Origin: Strigamia acuminata | Lineage: Eukaryota | Length of the DNA stretch: 64,000 nt | Assembly (NCBI GenBank): GCA_949358305.1 | Contig: OX442314.1 | Span: 7,006,001 to 7,070,000 of the forward strand | Direction of reading: 5' to 3' | Program-made: the position numbers and the translations under genes | Notes under the pieces: generated by a model | Seen by the model: the letters and a program-made list of their open reading frames with translations, nothing else | Databases searched by the model: none | Told to the model about the DNA's origin: nothing | In this document: positions 49,501 through 59,600 of the stretch, piece after piece | Layout: the number at the start of each line of letters is the position of its first letter | Numbering within the stretch: the stretch's first letter is position 1

Positions 49501-50277
49501 ATCCTGAAAATTGATTGTTGCTGCCCCTTGAGCTTTGCTGCAACATTGAAATTTTATTGTTGCTGCCCCTTGAGCTTTGCTGCAATCCTGAAAATTGATT
49601 GTTGCTGCCGCTTGAGCTTTGCTGCAATTCTGAAACTTGATTGTTGCTGCCCTTTGAGCTTTGCTGCAACATTGAAATTTTATTATTGCTGCCCCATGAC
49701 TTTGCTGCAAGAATAAAATTTAATTTTTGCTGTTCCTTGAGCTTTGCTGCAATACTAAAATATAATTTTTTTTCTTCCCCTTGAGCTTTGCTGCAATATT
49801 AAATTTTGATTTTTGCAGGTCCTTATGCTATGAAGCAGTTTAAAATTGTTACCGTTGTGTTTAAACACTCGAACACTAGCGCCAGAGATACGACAACCGA
49901 CAGCTATCGATGTATGATTGAATTGGTCGCTTATTACCAAGCATCCTTTTCCCAATAACGAAGGAATGCACATTGTATTTGTTGCATATCCCATTCCACA
50001 TGTAATACAATCTTCAGTACCTAAAAATCGTGCTGTCAATTCATTTAACTTGGAGTGAATGTCTAATACACCTATTAAAACCAAAATAATAATAATTACA
50101 ATAATAATAAAAACAAAAGAAGCAAACACACCCAACTCTTGTGGAGAACTGCAAACACCAATGCCATACTGACCAACTGCTATCTTGACCGCATCGGTGC
50201 TCGGTCCTTGATTTTGAGCAAATCCTAAATAATTGTACGACCCTGTATTGAGCATTTCATGCTTTTTCCCAGTCAGC
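34595..50277 (-). CDS. SPTLC2: Serine palmitoyltransferase catalytic subunit LCB2 (lace-like); 5' exons not found in window
   Basis: Exons 50277-50132, 50071-49853, 49391-49286, 36850-36631, 36574-36312, 34875-34746, 34681-34595 join in frame with GT-AG introns. Motifs: [43 protein letters not shown]-lysine [24 protein letters not shown]. Orthologue versus paralogue not resolved. Confidence 0.93.
35286..35545. mobile_element. P-element-type palindromic MITE in an SPT intron
   Basis: About 83-bp TIR starting CACAGATTAGAAGAAGACACAGATGCG; 8-bp TSD CCCTTGAC at 35278-35285 and 35546-35553. Confidence 0.88.
37924..40722 (-). CDS. Gypsy ORF3 of unknown function, predicted spliced (819 aa)
   Basis: The 746-aa ORF starts at GTG. 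Exons 40722-40674, 40607-40480 and 40206-37924 join in frame from an ATG via GT-AG introns of 66 and 273 nt. No signal peptide or TM segment seen, so it is not env-like. Confidence 0.7.
40912..45165 (-). CDS. pol: Gypsy Pol (PR-RT-RH-IN), expressed by -1 frameshift
   Basis: MLDSGAN protease; YLDD RT; HTDAS...ELECLAVVW...TDHQAL RNase H; H-H-C-C and DDE integrase; GPY motif. Intact. Confidence 0.96.
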   Translation of the reverse strand, partial: LVDADPSGLVDAASPPKSESENENLKIMEDVGEAIDELIRQTELKENGSLDVKKEIVGETPTEGDTSNIKDKVEIKDDRPSSVPETPGIEECIKLFATTTLDTNELLDELPLEPPITIPHKLRKFECKVAGIPNSQDLPTLKLETLKGVITGMLDSGANKSFLATSVINQLGLEKYLRPIGPGVRVTTASEEVTPDGTIHLSFRWTHGTLRHPFIVIPNKYPMVLLGCDFMNKLKIQPNPQTMSWNFTQPMDADLPYIPQALLDRYLEKIEEPDSSFMTFAKAYAASVTQGKIDEENFIQKLVEEANLNLEQSKLLEKMLSKHKRSISKDPGKTHLVKHKIELDTEKPIRVPFKSINPQKREIIRQLCQDMIDKGVVVKAEGDYGMRPVLVMRPGNDPRLCIDFRPINTHTKYNPPQMPTIEEILREIGEFEWVSTIDLTKGYWQIELRPEDREKTAFWSPMGRLMFLVMPFGLVNAPTTFQELMEKVLGDVYRKFAWAYLDDIIVVSKSFEEHIKHLDIVFKKLAEANLHAHPGKTHLCRKELIFLGYKVGVEGLAVDPKKVAAITQFPAPTNLKELQRFLGMVNFFHRLIKNLATVAEPLRPLLKKDAEFDWELHHQAAFDAIKDLLTNAETMKMPDLYMPFIVHTDASKQGLGAALTQKKIVDGQEVEMPCVYASRSLQPAEKNYTVTELECLAVVWGLRKFRPYLEYTTFTVQTDHQALKWLMSLSDPSGRLARWQMELMAYSFEIQYVKGPLNVIADALSRAPVSTPDEPEDDGDNDDLLSYCPSPCRSWQMGKLNELPKSIIVNDDDQALINFCINMHDPSGTPDVELRAMMAKKFELPTTNVLIKAFAAKIAKQLECDPPTRDDIIAAQKADQFCQHIRNYLLNKQYPSYIVTRLQRRNFERHASTYLIEEDMLLHYHPTSTDELGEDGRALKVVVPRKLIYKIIWLMHGHPLSGHPGIARTMYRTRRVYTWKGMKRDITRFIQHCQGCQACKPRSKTEIEGAQIGPFGPFDCLSVDLSGPKPRTRKNNTHICVIVDVATHWPELFPMCNPTAIKVANTIYHLSMTFGFPRQIISDNGPQFRSQVYKEFCKKFDMSRTPTSIYHPQSNPVERTNRDIKYLVSIYLDIHDQWDEYLREFAFSLRTTVTRGRDYSPAFLNFFRELRIPWDPRIPEGILVIDPKNPHLYVQKLETIIAETYQHMMSHVLDLRRRVEAEKSDKKFDNFRQNDLVWRESHILSNAAKGIAAGISPKRNGPYVIIKRLQGGAFQLRRLSDNKIYPAVHGTELMPYFPVFNQEIWLEGEEVGQKTKNIVNTLDDAKLSKIPVENTESSKKSKLKNNEVDEINQRLENVSLDENLEKEMFLEKEKISNNEVYNSSDIGDDADDNLNKLDCTSRKSKYNLRSRVPRAKT
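45124..45171 (-). promoter_or_regulatory. -1 programmed ribosomal frameshift signal
   Basis: In-phase A_AAA_AAC heptamer just before the gag stop, followed 5 nt later by a stem-loop GACGCAG-A-TCCA...TGGA-CG-CTGCGTC. Pol is in the -1 frame. Confidence 0.85.
45159..48182 (-). CDS. gag: Gypsy Gag (1007 aa)
   Basis: Coiled-coil N-terminal half, G/D/P-rich spacer, retrotransposon capsid-like [12 protein letters not shown]...[12 protein letters not shown], and CCHC knuckle [14 protein letters not shown]. Confidence 0.93.
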   Translation of the reverse strand: MATPSEKRPRGRPAKRRVAIDLPVVDQEVTESQELFETMDQTANCNSAQLIVNEFTQALERQQPSPPSGQLDLNNPTGSGRSKSQNDDLNLRIQSSSAEHSLNSSPVQGAAQQDSENSNMEVSHSPVRVTMMDALRERARLEGVKVTSEMTVEQIHKAMVRKQSQKDVEIVRTSLQAEFERMRAEMHQQNAELKQQRANDHVKLLQLEQEKASWLITDEGQQQRLEQLNQAQKDLEIANENLRLANANLREANTNLMTAELTAPVRAREVIPSTSRNYENHAAEQAARAKRLAQRENEVFLARQQSVIDAGQAAKSLSTAEQLLRADLAAQARENEILRADLLTVQENFAVVVQKVQDVCGEDNFAKPAPVLQKGASKSPELIDLTSAKPKVSRQSSWTDSDDSRSSRGSRNSHHSRKKRKRQPDPTEYHSPKVPQNSDRFFSNSDQLIGLLAKKNKEREKPHDRGRSHDNPREGSPKRDCHNDIRDGPRYRGNPPGGDPPGGDSSDGHGGGHSRDHNSNGNRNGRGPPNGDRRPPDGDDPPDPDPPPNPNHESASDTDSSRPSVRGRSRHRTRSRTQRPDFYTKDEIDQLLRQNAQQQRKSRRDKIILQKISEFTSDKWIHQTTDEKFIRWDRVIPHAYNGNWQAGSNLLLEIFELGKVHSFSCEGALAHLVPRILVGGVKEWFRRKDFTKWDDFVKQFMFKFGESSEDIKTLWRCLKQRKGESLHSYMLRAENLLGRMPHAVTDATADDQFRAGLTEYSKNILMMSDAPDPGKFSELNEFMEVNQLRIDEKYKAYLTEAERSAYLKREKRLAEQNNETFNGLKLLQPPSYEDFLDEVDEKSSKKESSKKDVKNPHSVPKLHANITGAETPPSEAEEAEEEEETGDETLALLAKAAALLAKNNPVAGKWKPKMKPKNVSFDASKVNTERNSKSPAVSPERRSDARSRSASPAATKKKSPATDPCNLCKKLGHWQKDCPSSKKDKPVSTAEFEKAVKIITDMFRKNL
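49455..49810. repeat. 42-bp minisatellite, about 8 copies, in an SPT intron
   Basis: Unit close to TTGATTGTTGCTGCCCCTTGAGCTTTGCTGCAATCCTGAAAA. Confidence 0.93.
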
Positions 50278-50489
50278 CTATTTTTAAAAATGCAATCAAT
50301 AAACATTATGCCTGTAGAGAATATGTTATGTGACTGGGTATGGTGAGACCCGTATAGTGTGGGGATTTACTACACGGGAGGGACGCATGCATCACGTAAA
50401 GACGGGACAGAGACTCCAGATTGTTGGGTTTTGGCCTTTAATTGTTGTCTAGGGGTTGGGGTCTCCCGCCTCACCGTGTGGAGTTCTGC

Positions 50490-51644
50490 CACTGGAAAAA
50501 AAATCAGATTTACTCACTTGTATAGAATTGTAAATATATAGGTACATAGATGGATTTTACAAGTTTGTAAATTAGATTTACAAACAATTGAAAATAAGTC
50601 TTTTCCAAACATATTTACAATCTGGAAAGTGACCATTTCCATGACTTTTTTTACAATAACTTTACAAACATTTTCAATTGTGTAATTATAAAATTTCATA
50701 ATATATTTCCAATATATTTCCAATACTACCCTCCATTTTGAAAAATTTAAATACACAAACACAATTTTTTTTTTAAGCTGTTTGATTTTTTTTTTCAAAC
50801 ACCATTCAACAATTAGTTTTCATTGATTAGATCACAATTTGCATGTTTTATTGACAGTTTCATTTAAATTTATTTTAATCTTACAGTTTTCTTTTTTCTT
50901 ACCATGACCTCTGCTGGAATTAAACTTGGAACCTTTGTTCTAAAGACCACTACCCTATCCACTAGGCTAGCATGACTTGTGATAATTAAATGTGTAACTT
51001 CCCATTAGTTATATATCTAATTCTTTGTTAAATGGTTTTGATTTGAATTCTCTAACAGTCAATTTGGTATTTATTGTTTGAGATATATTGTATTTTAAGT
51101 GTACGAGCCGGTTGTTTGTTTCATTAACGACAGTACGTTTCATCGACGAAACACGTATTTTTCCGTCCCTGCGCCCTGATTGGTCGTTTCCATATTGTGC
51201 CCACACGTTCGAAATTGGTTCGTTTTAGGCATTATTTTCTGTTCAGAGTTCAAAATTGATACAATTTTCATGTTCCTGACTGTATTTTACTTTGTTCCTG
51301 TTACATTTCATGTGTTTAAATGCTACCTTTAAATTTCATGCATTTTCTTGCCTTTACATTATTTTTACAATCATTGTGAAATGACATATTTTCATTTCAT
51401 ACATTTACAACACATTTCCAACTAAAAGAAAACTGATTGGAAACATAACACTTTGAACAAAAGATTTACAACTTATTGGAAATATTAGTTTTCATTTCTA
51501 GAATTTACAACACATTTCCAGAAGTTTGGAAATATGTAATTATTTCCAACATATTTACAACAAATTTCCTCATCGTAGTAAATTCAACTTTTCCATATAA
51601 ATTTTCAACTTGGAAATGTTTGGAAATTTGCTTTTTTTCCAGTG
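50490..51644. mobile_element. CACTA/EnSpm-type non-autonomous element
   Basis: Termini CACTGGAAAAAAA...TTTTTTTCCAGTG; 3-bp TSD TGC; subterminal ATTTACAA/ATTTCCAA repeats. Confidence 0.82.
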
Positions 51645-52579
51645 TGCTAGGCACGCTACACCGGCAACCGACCCGTCGCACACAGGGGGTAGCCCCCATG
51701 TACGACATGGTCGGATGCCTCGGACGATCATTCCGCTGTACTTACGTACAGCCCACGGTAATGCGACAGCCATCATACTGCCACTGAGCGTCACAGTGGT
51801 GAATGGTGAGAGGAACGGAGTAGTAGTTGTCTCTACTATGGTTGGGACCGTGGCAGCTGCACCTGACAAGTCTTCACCCTCGGCTCCCTCAGCAACGTCT
51901 CTCTCTCTCACCACACCACTCTGCTCTTACCTCCCCTGCTAGGCCGGTCCACTCCTCCAAGAGGGGGACGGCTTGGGGCCGCCAGGCGGTGTGTGGAGTG
52001 ACGTAGGCCACGTAGAGTGGCCAAACGGTCACAATTACTCTGCCCAGAACTGAATTTACCACTACACAGTACTCAATTATAACGATATTAACCGGACCCT
52101 TGAAATACCGTAACAATGTACAGTACTTCAAATTGGTCTTCTGATTATGCCGTAGAGCGGATAGCCTTGTTTGGGTGTGGGTGAGTTTATAATAAAACTG
52201 AATCATGCACATCAAAACAATCATCGCCAAGGGTGACCAGCGTCACTGACACATACTGCCCAATGGCCCCGAGGTCAGCCCAACCCCTGGTAGAGTGTGG
52301 ACTGACCTAGTGAGGAGAACGAGGAAGTTCAGTGGTGTAGGAAGTAGGAAGTTGTTCGCGGAAGCCTGTGAGAGTAATCAACCTCTGCACTGCTCTATCC
52401 TCCTTCTTATTCACCACTGCAATGTTCAGTGGTGTGATGTTGGATCCACCACAACCTCCATGAGCAGCCACATGGGCCGAAGTAACAGGGAACCTTTGAC
52501 CCCGAAACAACAGATTAAAGATCACCAAACGCAACAATCTTGATTCCCTTGTCTTTATTTACATGAGCATCCGTCCTAC

Positions 52580-52695
52580 CTAAGCTTGTTAACCCGATTC
52601 GATCCGATCCGCAATCCACGGATCTGATCCGCTCTGATCGGATGCGGATTTTTTCCGACTGATCCGCCTGCGGATCCTTGAGGATCGGACCGGTG
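52580..52695. mobile_element. Probable end of a hAT-like MITE (GATCCG-rich subterminal repeats)
   Basis: Dense GATCCG/CGGATC motifs. The other end is not in the window. Confidence 0.4.
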
Positions 52696-52965
52696 TGTTG
52701 GTGTTTAGAAACCACTTTTAACTATTTAACACCGTGTTTCGATGCGTAATGACGCTATTCGGACATTTAGAATGTTTATTTCCATTTGGTAGTTTTTCCT
52801 GGGTTATTTAGTGTTGTTTCTTATGATTTTCCTTACTTTTGTTGTAAAGGGAATGCATGATGCTATTTAGATGTACTTTATCCATCTGGCATCATGCATC
52901 CTCTATTCTGATTGTATTTATACATATTTTGTTCCTTTTTCGGCCACCAGATGTCTCTGGTATAT
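52696..52965 (+). mobile_element. Older, diverged partial LTR of the Copia-MBD family
   Basis: TGTTGGTGTTTAGAAACCAC...TTTCGATGC.TAATGACGCTA...GTTGTAA.GG.AATGCATG aligns with the start of the LTR at 53617. Cut by the Gypsy LTR that follows. Confidence 0.75.
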
Positions 52966-53616
52966 TGTGCGATGTTTCTTCACAATAAAACCAAACGATT
53001 CCGGTGAAATGCTAATGCTTTATTCTTTGCTCAACTCCACAATACTACATCGTTTTGATGTCAATTTAGTCAGCTGTTTTCTCTTACACGATACCAAACT
53101 GTTTACATTCCTTTTTTAGTATATATTGATACAATGCATTATAAAAAGCGCGTGTCATTATTACATGTTCATTATTACGTGATACGATCAAAATAAATAA
53201 TACATTAGCTTTATATATCGATACAACGCAACATCTCCCCGGAAATTTGTTTAACTCAATTTCCTTTTCGAGTTCTCCGTCGCGACGCTGCCGTGGTGGA
53301 TGCTGGATAAGGTCGGTATGTCTTGGCTCCCAGATGTCGCTTGGAACGCCTGACTCCGTCCTGCCACACGGTCCCATACGGATCTTGTGCGTTCGCTTGA
53401 GTACCACTCTGTCCCGGTGTAGCGTCACACGGTTGCGTGAGACTAGTTGCCAAATCGTCGAGTTGTTGAAGCGTCCGACCGACATCGCGAACTGGCGTGG
53501 TAGTACTGGCTGGTGCAGTGTTGATGGCAAGTGACCCTGCTCTAGCTACGACTGCAGGAAAATTATCTGGTCCTGGCCTGATAAATCGTTTGCGCAGGTG
53601 ATTGATATGGCGTATG

Positions 53617-56600
53617 TGTTGGTCCTTGAAACCACTTCGGACGTTTATTTAACGCTTTTTCGATGCACAATGACGCTACCTGAACTTTTTCACATCATTG
53701 GTCGTTATATTTCCTTTCCCCAAATGATTTGGTGTTTATTTCCTACTTAACTGGTTGTTACCAGTTTATTTCCGTATATTTACTTTATGTTGTAAGGGAA
53801 ATGCATGGTGCCTGCATTAACTGTGTCTTAACACACTGGGCATCATGCATCGCCTATCTGTTTATACCTGTGAGTCGCTCGCTTCTGTCACCAGAGCGCA
53901 CTCCCTTTTATTCCAAGATGGCGACGCACACTGCTAAGTGTGCTCCTGTGCTTTTCAATCCTGTTTTCGTAAGTTTTAGGTTAATAAATCGTTTATTTTG
54001 TTTATAAATAATTCGTTTCTTGTGTCTGCACGTAGATAAGTGCAGACACCACGCAAATTCGACCAGAACCGGCTCGAATTCGCGTACACGACGCGCCGCA
54101 CGTCTCGTGCGTGCTATATCGTGCGTGTTGGCTTATTTTTAAGCGTTTCCACTGCCTAGTCTGTGCTGTTTTTGCAGCATACCACCACAATTGGTAGCAG
54201 AGGCCTGGAAAGACACCAGGGCCTCGTTTTTTCCTTAATTTTCCACAATTTTCGCGATTTTTTCGCGAATTTTGCGGAAATTTTCTATATTTTCAGATTT
54301 TTCGCCGATTTACACCGATTTTCGACATGCGACGACGTCTACACGACGTTATCACCGAGAAACGGGTGTAACCCGCTGTTTAGCACCCCGGAGTGCGACA
54401 GTATCGACGATTTTCGTTCATTTTTCGCGATTTTTCGTTTAAAATCGCACATATCCGTGTTTTTCACACGAGGATCGCGTGTTGCGACGTGCACCGCGAC
54501 TGATTCGTCAATTTCGCCTTATTTTGCCTTTCAGAGTCGAATTACCTTTGTTAATTTTAAGTGGGAATTTTGGTGTGGGACAATTAGAATCCTCGGCGCC
54601 CTTCGTCCGAATCCGGGCAAGCGCCGTTGTATTTTTCGGTTGTGCTTGTCGTGGTACAAGTGAGGTTTCCCGCGGCTCCAGGAAGTCGAACGGACCCTCT
54701 CAGACTGGCAACCGAAAGCTATTTAATTCCTTCAGAAGGAATTGCCCATTCTTGGTTTCCGCTTTGACAGTGCTACGGAAAGTGCTTCGCATCGTAATTT
54801 GTGCTTCGTTTGTGCGTCGATTGTGCGTCGATTGTGCGTCAATTTCCCATTTCTACGCATTTTTCTCCGTGCAATCATGAAAAAGGCCACCGACCAGTCG
54901 TCAGGCCATGTGCCGATTCTCGTGACCGGCAATTACGAACACTGGCACCGTGCAATTAAAATGCTATTGATGTCCGACGGCGTATGGCACCACGTCACCG
55001 AAACGGAGGAACTAGTGAAAGCCAACGTCGATGAAGACGTTTGGCGAAAATGGCAACGTCGGAAAGCCCGAGCGCTGGGGACCATTTATTGCCACGTCTC
55101 GCAGGCCAAACAGTCGGCCCTCGACGGTTGCACCACTCCGAAACAGGCGTGGGACATTTTAGCGAAAATTTACGCCCCCAGCTCTCTCGCCCGCCAAGCG
55201 GCGATGCGCCGTGAGTTCCTGCAGCTCAAGTTGGAGCCCGGCGAAGAAATGGCCGATTTCCTCAGCCGCGTTGACCTTATGGTCCGCCAACTTAAAGACG
55301 TCGGTGAAGACATCCTCCCTCGACATCACGCGTACCAGTATTTAGACTTTCTTCCGGACGAATACGACCAGGCGACTTTTGCCATTTATCATTGGCCGCT
55401 GGCAGAGTTTACCCCGGCTAAAGTCTCCGAACAGTTGTTGTCGGAATATCTCCGATTAAAGTCGCATTCAAACCGGAATTCTACGAACTCCTCCGCTTAT
55501 GCTACTGGGCGACAAGGACGTAACCAGTCGCGACCTCCGCGCCCGCTTGCGCAGGTGCGTTGCTTCAATTGCAACGAGCTTGGACACTACGCCAATAAGT
55601 GCCAGCATCCTCGCAAGCAAACAACTGGGCAACAGCCGGTAGCTACGTTTCAGACACGATCTCGCAGCAAGAGTCGACGCCGCAATAAAGGCTCGAATCC
55701 GAATGTGAACCCGAATCAACAGCAGCAGGGACAGTTTCGCGAGTCTTCACGCCCGCGCCGAGATGCAGCATATCTCCTGTCCGCACCACCTGCGATCCAG
55801 GTTCCTACCGTTCATTTCGTCCAATCTCACGAATGGATTGTTGACTGCGGCGCCACCGACCACGTTTCACACGTTAAATCGTGGTTCTTGGACTTTGTTG
55901 AGGTCGTCCCTTTTAATATCGAATTGGGACAAGGAAGCTCCAAAGTTACCGGAAAAGGGAATGTTCCAGTCAAGTCACTCATCGATGGCTGTGAATGCAC
56001 CGTACTTCTCCGCGATGTTTTGTACGCACCTGATTTCGGCGCTAATTTAATTTCGGTTTCGCGAGTCGATAAATGTGGGCATCACATACACATTTACAAT
56101 TCGGAGTTGCATACATATGGGACGGATATCAAACAAAGTGTTCTTCGGGCGAAGCAAAAGTCAGGACTTTACTTCGTAGATGGACTAATTTCGCCATTTG
56201 CGTCGCCGACTGTTGTTTCGAGTACACCGCCCATCCCAATGTCACCTCCGACTACTGCGCCGATGACTCTCATCACGAAGGAGGAAGATTTTCCCGCGAT
56301 GCCCTCAAAGAAGTCGAAGAAAATATCAAACGTTGAAATGACCGACTTCCGCTTACCTATCTCTCCCAACACCCTACTCGTGCCTTCTCCTTCCCCGATC
56401 ATCCCCAATCCTGTTGCCGGATCTAAACCACAACAGATCCGGATGTATTCCAACGTCCTATCATCTCCTCCGTCTCCCGTTGCCACGACTACGGCAGTCC
56501 CACCTCCTAAAAAGGTTATAACGCCGACTGCGAACGTTGCGGATGCCACGGGATTATGGCATGCCAGGTTGGGCCATCTCCACACCAAAGCCATGCGGAC

Positions 56601-59600
56601 TTTGGCGAACAATTCCCAAGTTTATGGACTCGATCCGGCTGCGGTTCGACAAGAACTTTCCTGCAACTCATGTCGCATTGCCAAGTCCACGCGCGCCTCG
56701 CATAAACCGATTCCCACACCTTCGACAACCAAACCGTTGGAGTTGCTGCACATGGACGTCTGGGGCCCGTCAAGACTGATTTCGATTGGCGGTGCTGATT
56801 ATGCCTTCTCCATTGTTGACGACGCGACCCGATATTCGTGGATTTTTCCGATTGCACGCAAATCCGACGTCTTCACAACTTTCAAAGACTTTGTCTCTCG
56901 CGTTGAACGTATTACGGATTCCCGCGTCAAATCAATTCGCACGGATCGCGGCGGGGAATTTATTTCTAAGACTTTTGACCGTTACCTCGCTGACAAGGGC
57001 ATTGTCGCACAACGGACCAATCCCGGAAGCCCGCAAATGAACGGGGTCGCCGAACGCCTAAACCGGACGATGGGCGACTATCTTCGCTCTATTACCTCCG
57101 AAACCGGTTTTCCACACACACTTTGGGCTGAACTCGCTGTGACATTTTCGTACGTTAAAAATCGCAGCCCGCATTCGAAACTTAACGACGAAGTTCCATA
57201 TGTTTTATGGCGCCAGCGTGCCCTCTCTGTCAAACATTTCCGAAAAATTGGTTCTAAATGCTGGGTGCATTTCACCGCACCCGGGCGCAACAAAATGGAT
57301 CCACGGGCGTGGGAAGGATTCCTCGTAGGTTACGCCTCCAACACTCGCGGTTATCGGGTTTGGAATCCGGCTACGAACACCGTCACGGAATCCGTTCACG
57401 TTCAAATCGATGAACGTCAGAATTTCAAACGCTCGCCGTTTTACGTTCCGGATCCCTACGAAAATGCTCCATTCATGGAGGAGCCTTCTCGCGTCACTAC
57501 ACCGTCTCGTGTCACTTTTGACGATGGCGCTTTCCCATCTGTCCCCTGGTCACGTCGACGTCGTGATTCCGACGATGAATCATCTAATGACGATGATGAA
57601 TTCCGCCATCGGGCTCCATCAAGCGCTTCATCAGTCGCTTCATATCGCTCCGTCCTCGAGGAGGTCGAAGAGGACATTGCTGATGAATTGCCTCCTCCTA
57701 TTCTGTTTGCGGACGATGTACCGGAGGACATCGATTTGGACGTCACGCCTGACCCACCACTTCCGCTTTACCGTCCTCGGAGGAGATTACGTCCCGATGC
57801 TTTGGCTCGTCAACCTCACACCCCTGAGGCCAGCGATAGTGAACTCGACGTTGATCACGATATCGAACAATTTTTCGAACGCTATCCCGAACGTGATTTC
57901 GAGCACGACCCCGAAGATGATCCACTTGATAATCTCCTCGATGATCTCCTCGATAAGGCAGCCGCCTTACCAGCGGCCGCTGCAACGCCTGCACCGCCCC
58001 TCGCTCCGTTACGCGCTCTTCACTGCCCCTATCGTTTTATTGGTGGAGATACGCCCTTCAGCGGATGGAGGAGGGAAGAGCATCTCCGGAAAGAACAAGC
58101 GCCTGGTAAAATCAAGGTCGACGTTTATTACTATCCGGAGCACGGTGTCCGCTTAAGGTCGAGAGGGGACATCGAAAGATATTGCGTCGCTCACCAACTT
58201 CCGTATGAAGAGGACATTTTCTTTTTCGGCAACCTCGAACATCAATTGCAGGACGAGCAACCTGTTCACCGCGTTCTTATGTGTTTTCGAGAGCCGTCCA
58301 CGTACGCCGAAGCAGTCAAGCTACCCGAGGCACCGAAATGGACGGAGGCAATCGATGAGGAGCTCACGACTTTCAAGGAACGCGAAGTTTATAAGGAAGT
58401 TCCACGACCCCCGGACAAGACAATCCTCGGGTGTAAATGGATTTTTCGGTTGAAATCGGATGCCACCGGGAAAATTCACCGCTACCGTGCTCGACTTGTC
58501 GCACAAGGTTTCCGCCAAACAATGGGCGTTGATTTCGATGAAGTTTTTAGTCCGGTGGTTAACTTCGTGCTCATCCGATTCTTTTTCTGCCTCCTAGTCG
58601 TTTTACTAGGATGGAGGGATCTCCACCTCGACGTCAAGTGTGCCTACCTTTACGGCGACCTCGACCACGAAATTTACATGCGGATTCCCGCCGGCGCCAC
58701 ATGCACCTCACCCGATAACGTCTGGTTGTTAACCAAGTCACTTTACGGTCTTCACCAGTCGGGGCGCATGTGGTACCAGAAGCTCAACGAGACGTTAACC
58801 GACCTCGGATTCCAGAAATTTCCCGCTTGTAATTGCGTTTACGCATTTGGACATTCGGCTGTTATGTTAGTCTACGTGGACGATATCGTCGTATTTTACG
58901 CGTCGGAGAGTATCCGAGACCGTATTTTGGCCCTGATTTCCAGCAAATTCGACATCGTCAACCTCGGCCCAATAACCAAATTACTCGGGGTAGAATTCGT
59001 GCGTCGCGATGGGAAAGTTTTCATGTCCCAACGCTCCTACATCGACAAACTTCTTAAAAAGTTCAACGTTTCGTCAGATGCACTCATTAAAGTGCCTGTC
59101 ACACCGGGGACCACGCTCGTCAAAGGCTCGTTGGATAATCTCCCGGACTTTCCGTACCGATCGCTCATCGGATCGTTATTATTCCTCGCTTCTCGCACTC
59201 GTCCCGACATATTATATTCGGTCATCGCTTTATCGCAGTATAATAACTGCTACGACCACCGCCACATCAAGTGTTTGCTCCAAGTTCTCAAATACGTGGC
59301 GAACACGAGCGATTTCTCGATCGAACTCTCGGGGTGTAATTCCAGTCAGCTGTGGGGATACACAGATGCGTCGTGGGCGAGCGACATTGCGACATCGAGA
59401 AGTTTCGGAGGATACATCTTTTATATCGGTTGTGTGCCAATCGGCTGGAGCTGCAAAAAGCAGACCAGCGTCGCCTGTTCCACCATGGAAGCCGAGTTTG
59501 TGGCACTAGTCGAAATCGTTAAAGAGTTATACTGGTTGGACAGTATCTATCGAGTCTTTCCACCGTTAAACCGATTATCGAAACCGATTATTTTCTCCGA

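Noticed and set aside
49415..49716. Cys-rich and Q/S-rich repetitive ORFs
   Set aside because: Translations of a 42-bp intronic minisatellite, open only because the unit is a multiple of 3.
49755..50306. SPT ORF with an apparent hydrophobic TM segment ([19 protein letters not shown])
   Set aside because: The segment is a 60-nt in-frame GT-AG intron (50131-50072).
50324..52536. Solo LTR surrounding the CACTA element
   Set aside because: Candidate TG...CA ends exist but no matching TSD was found; left as an unresolved repeat related to 29950-30500.
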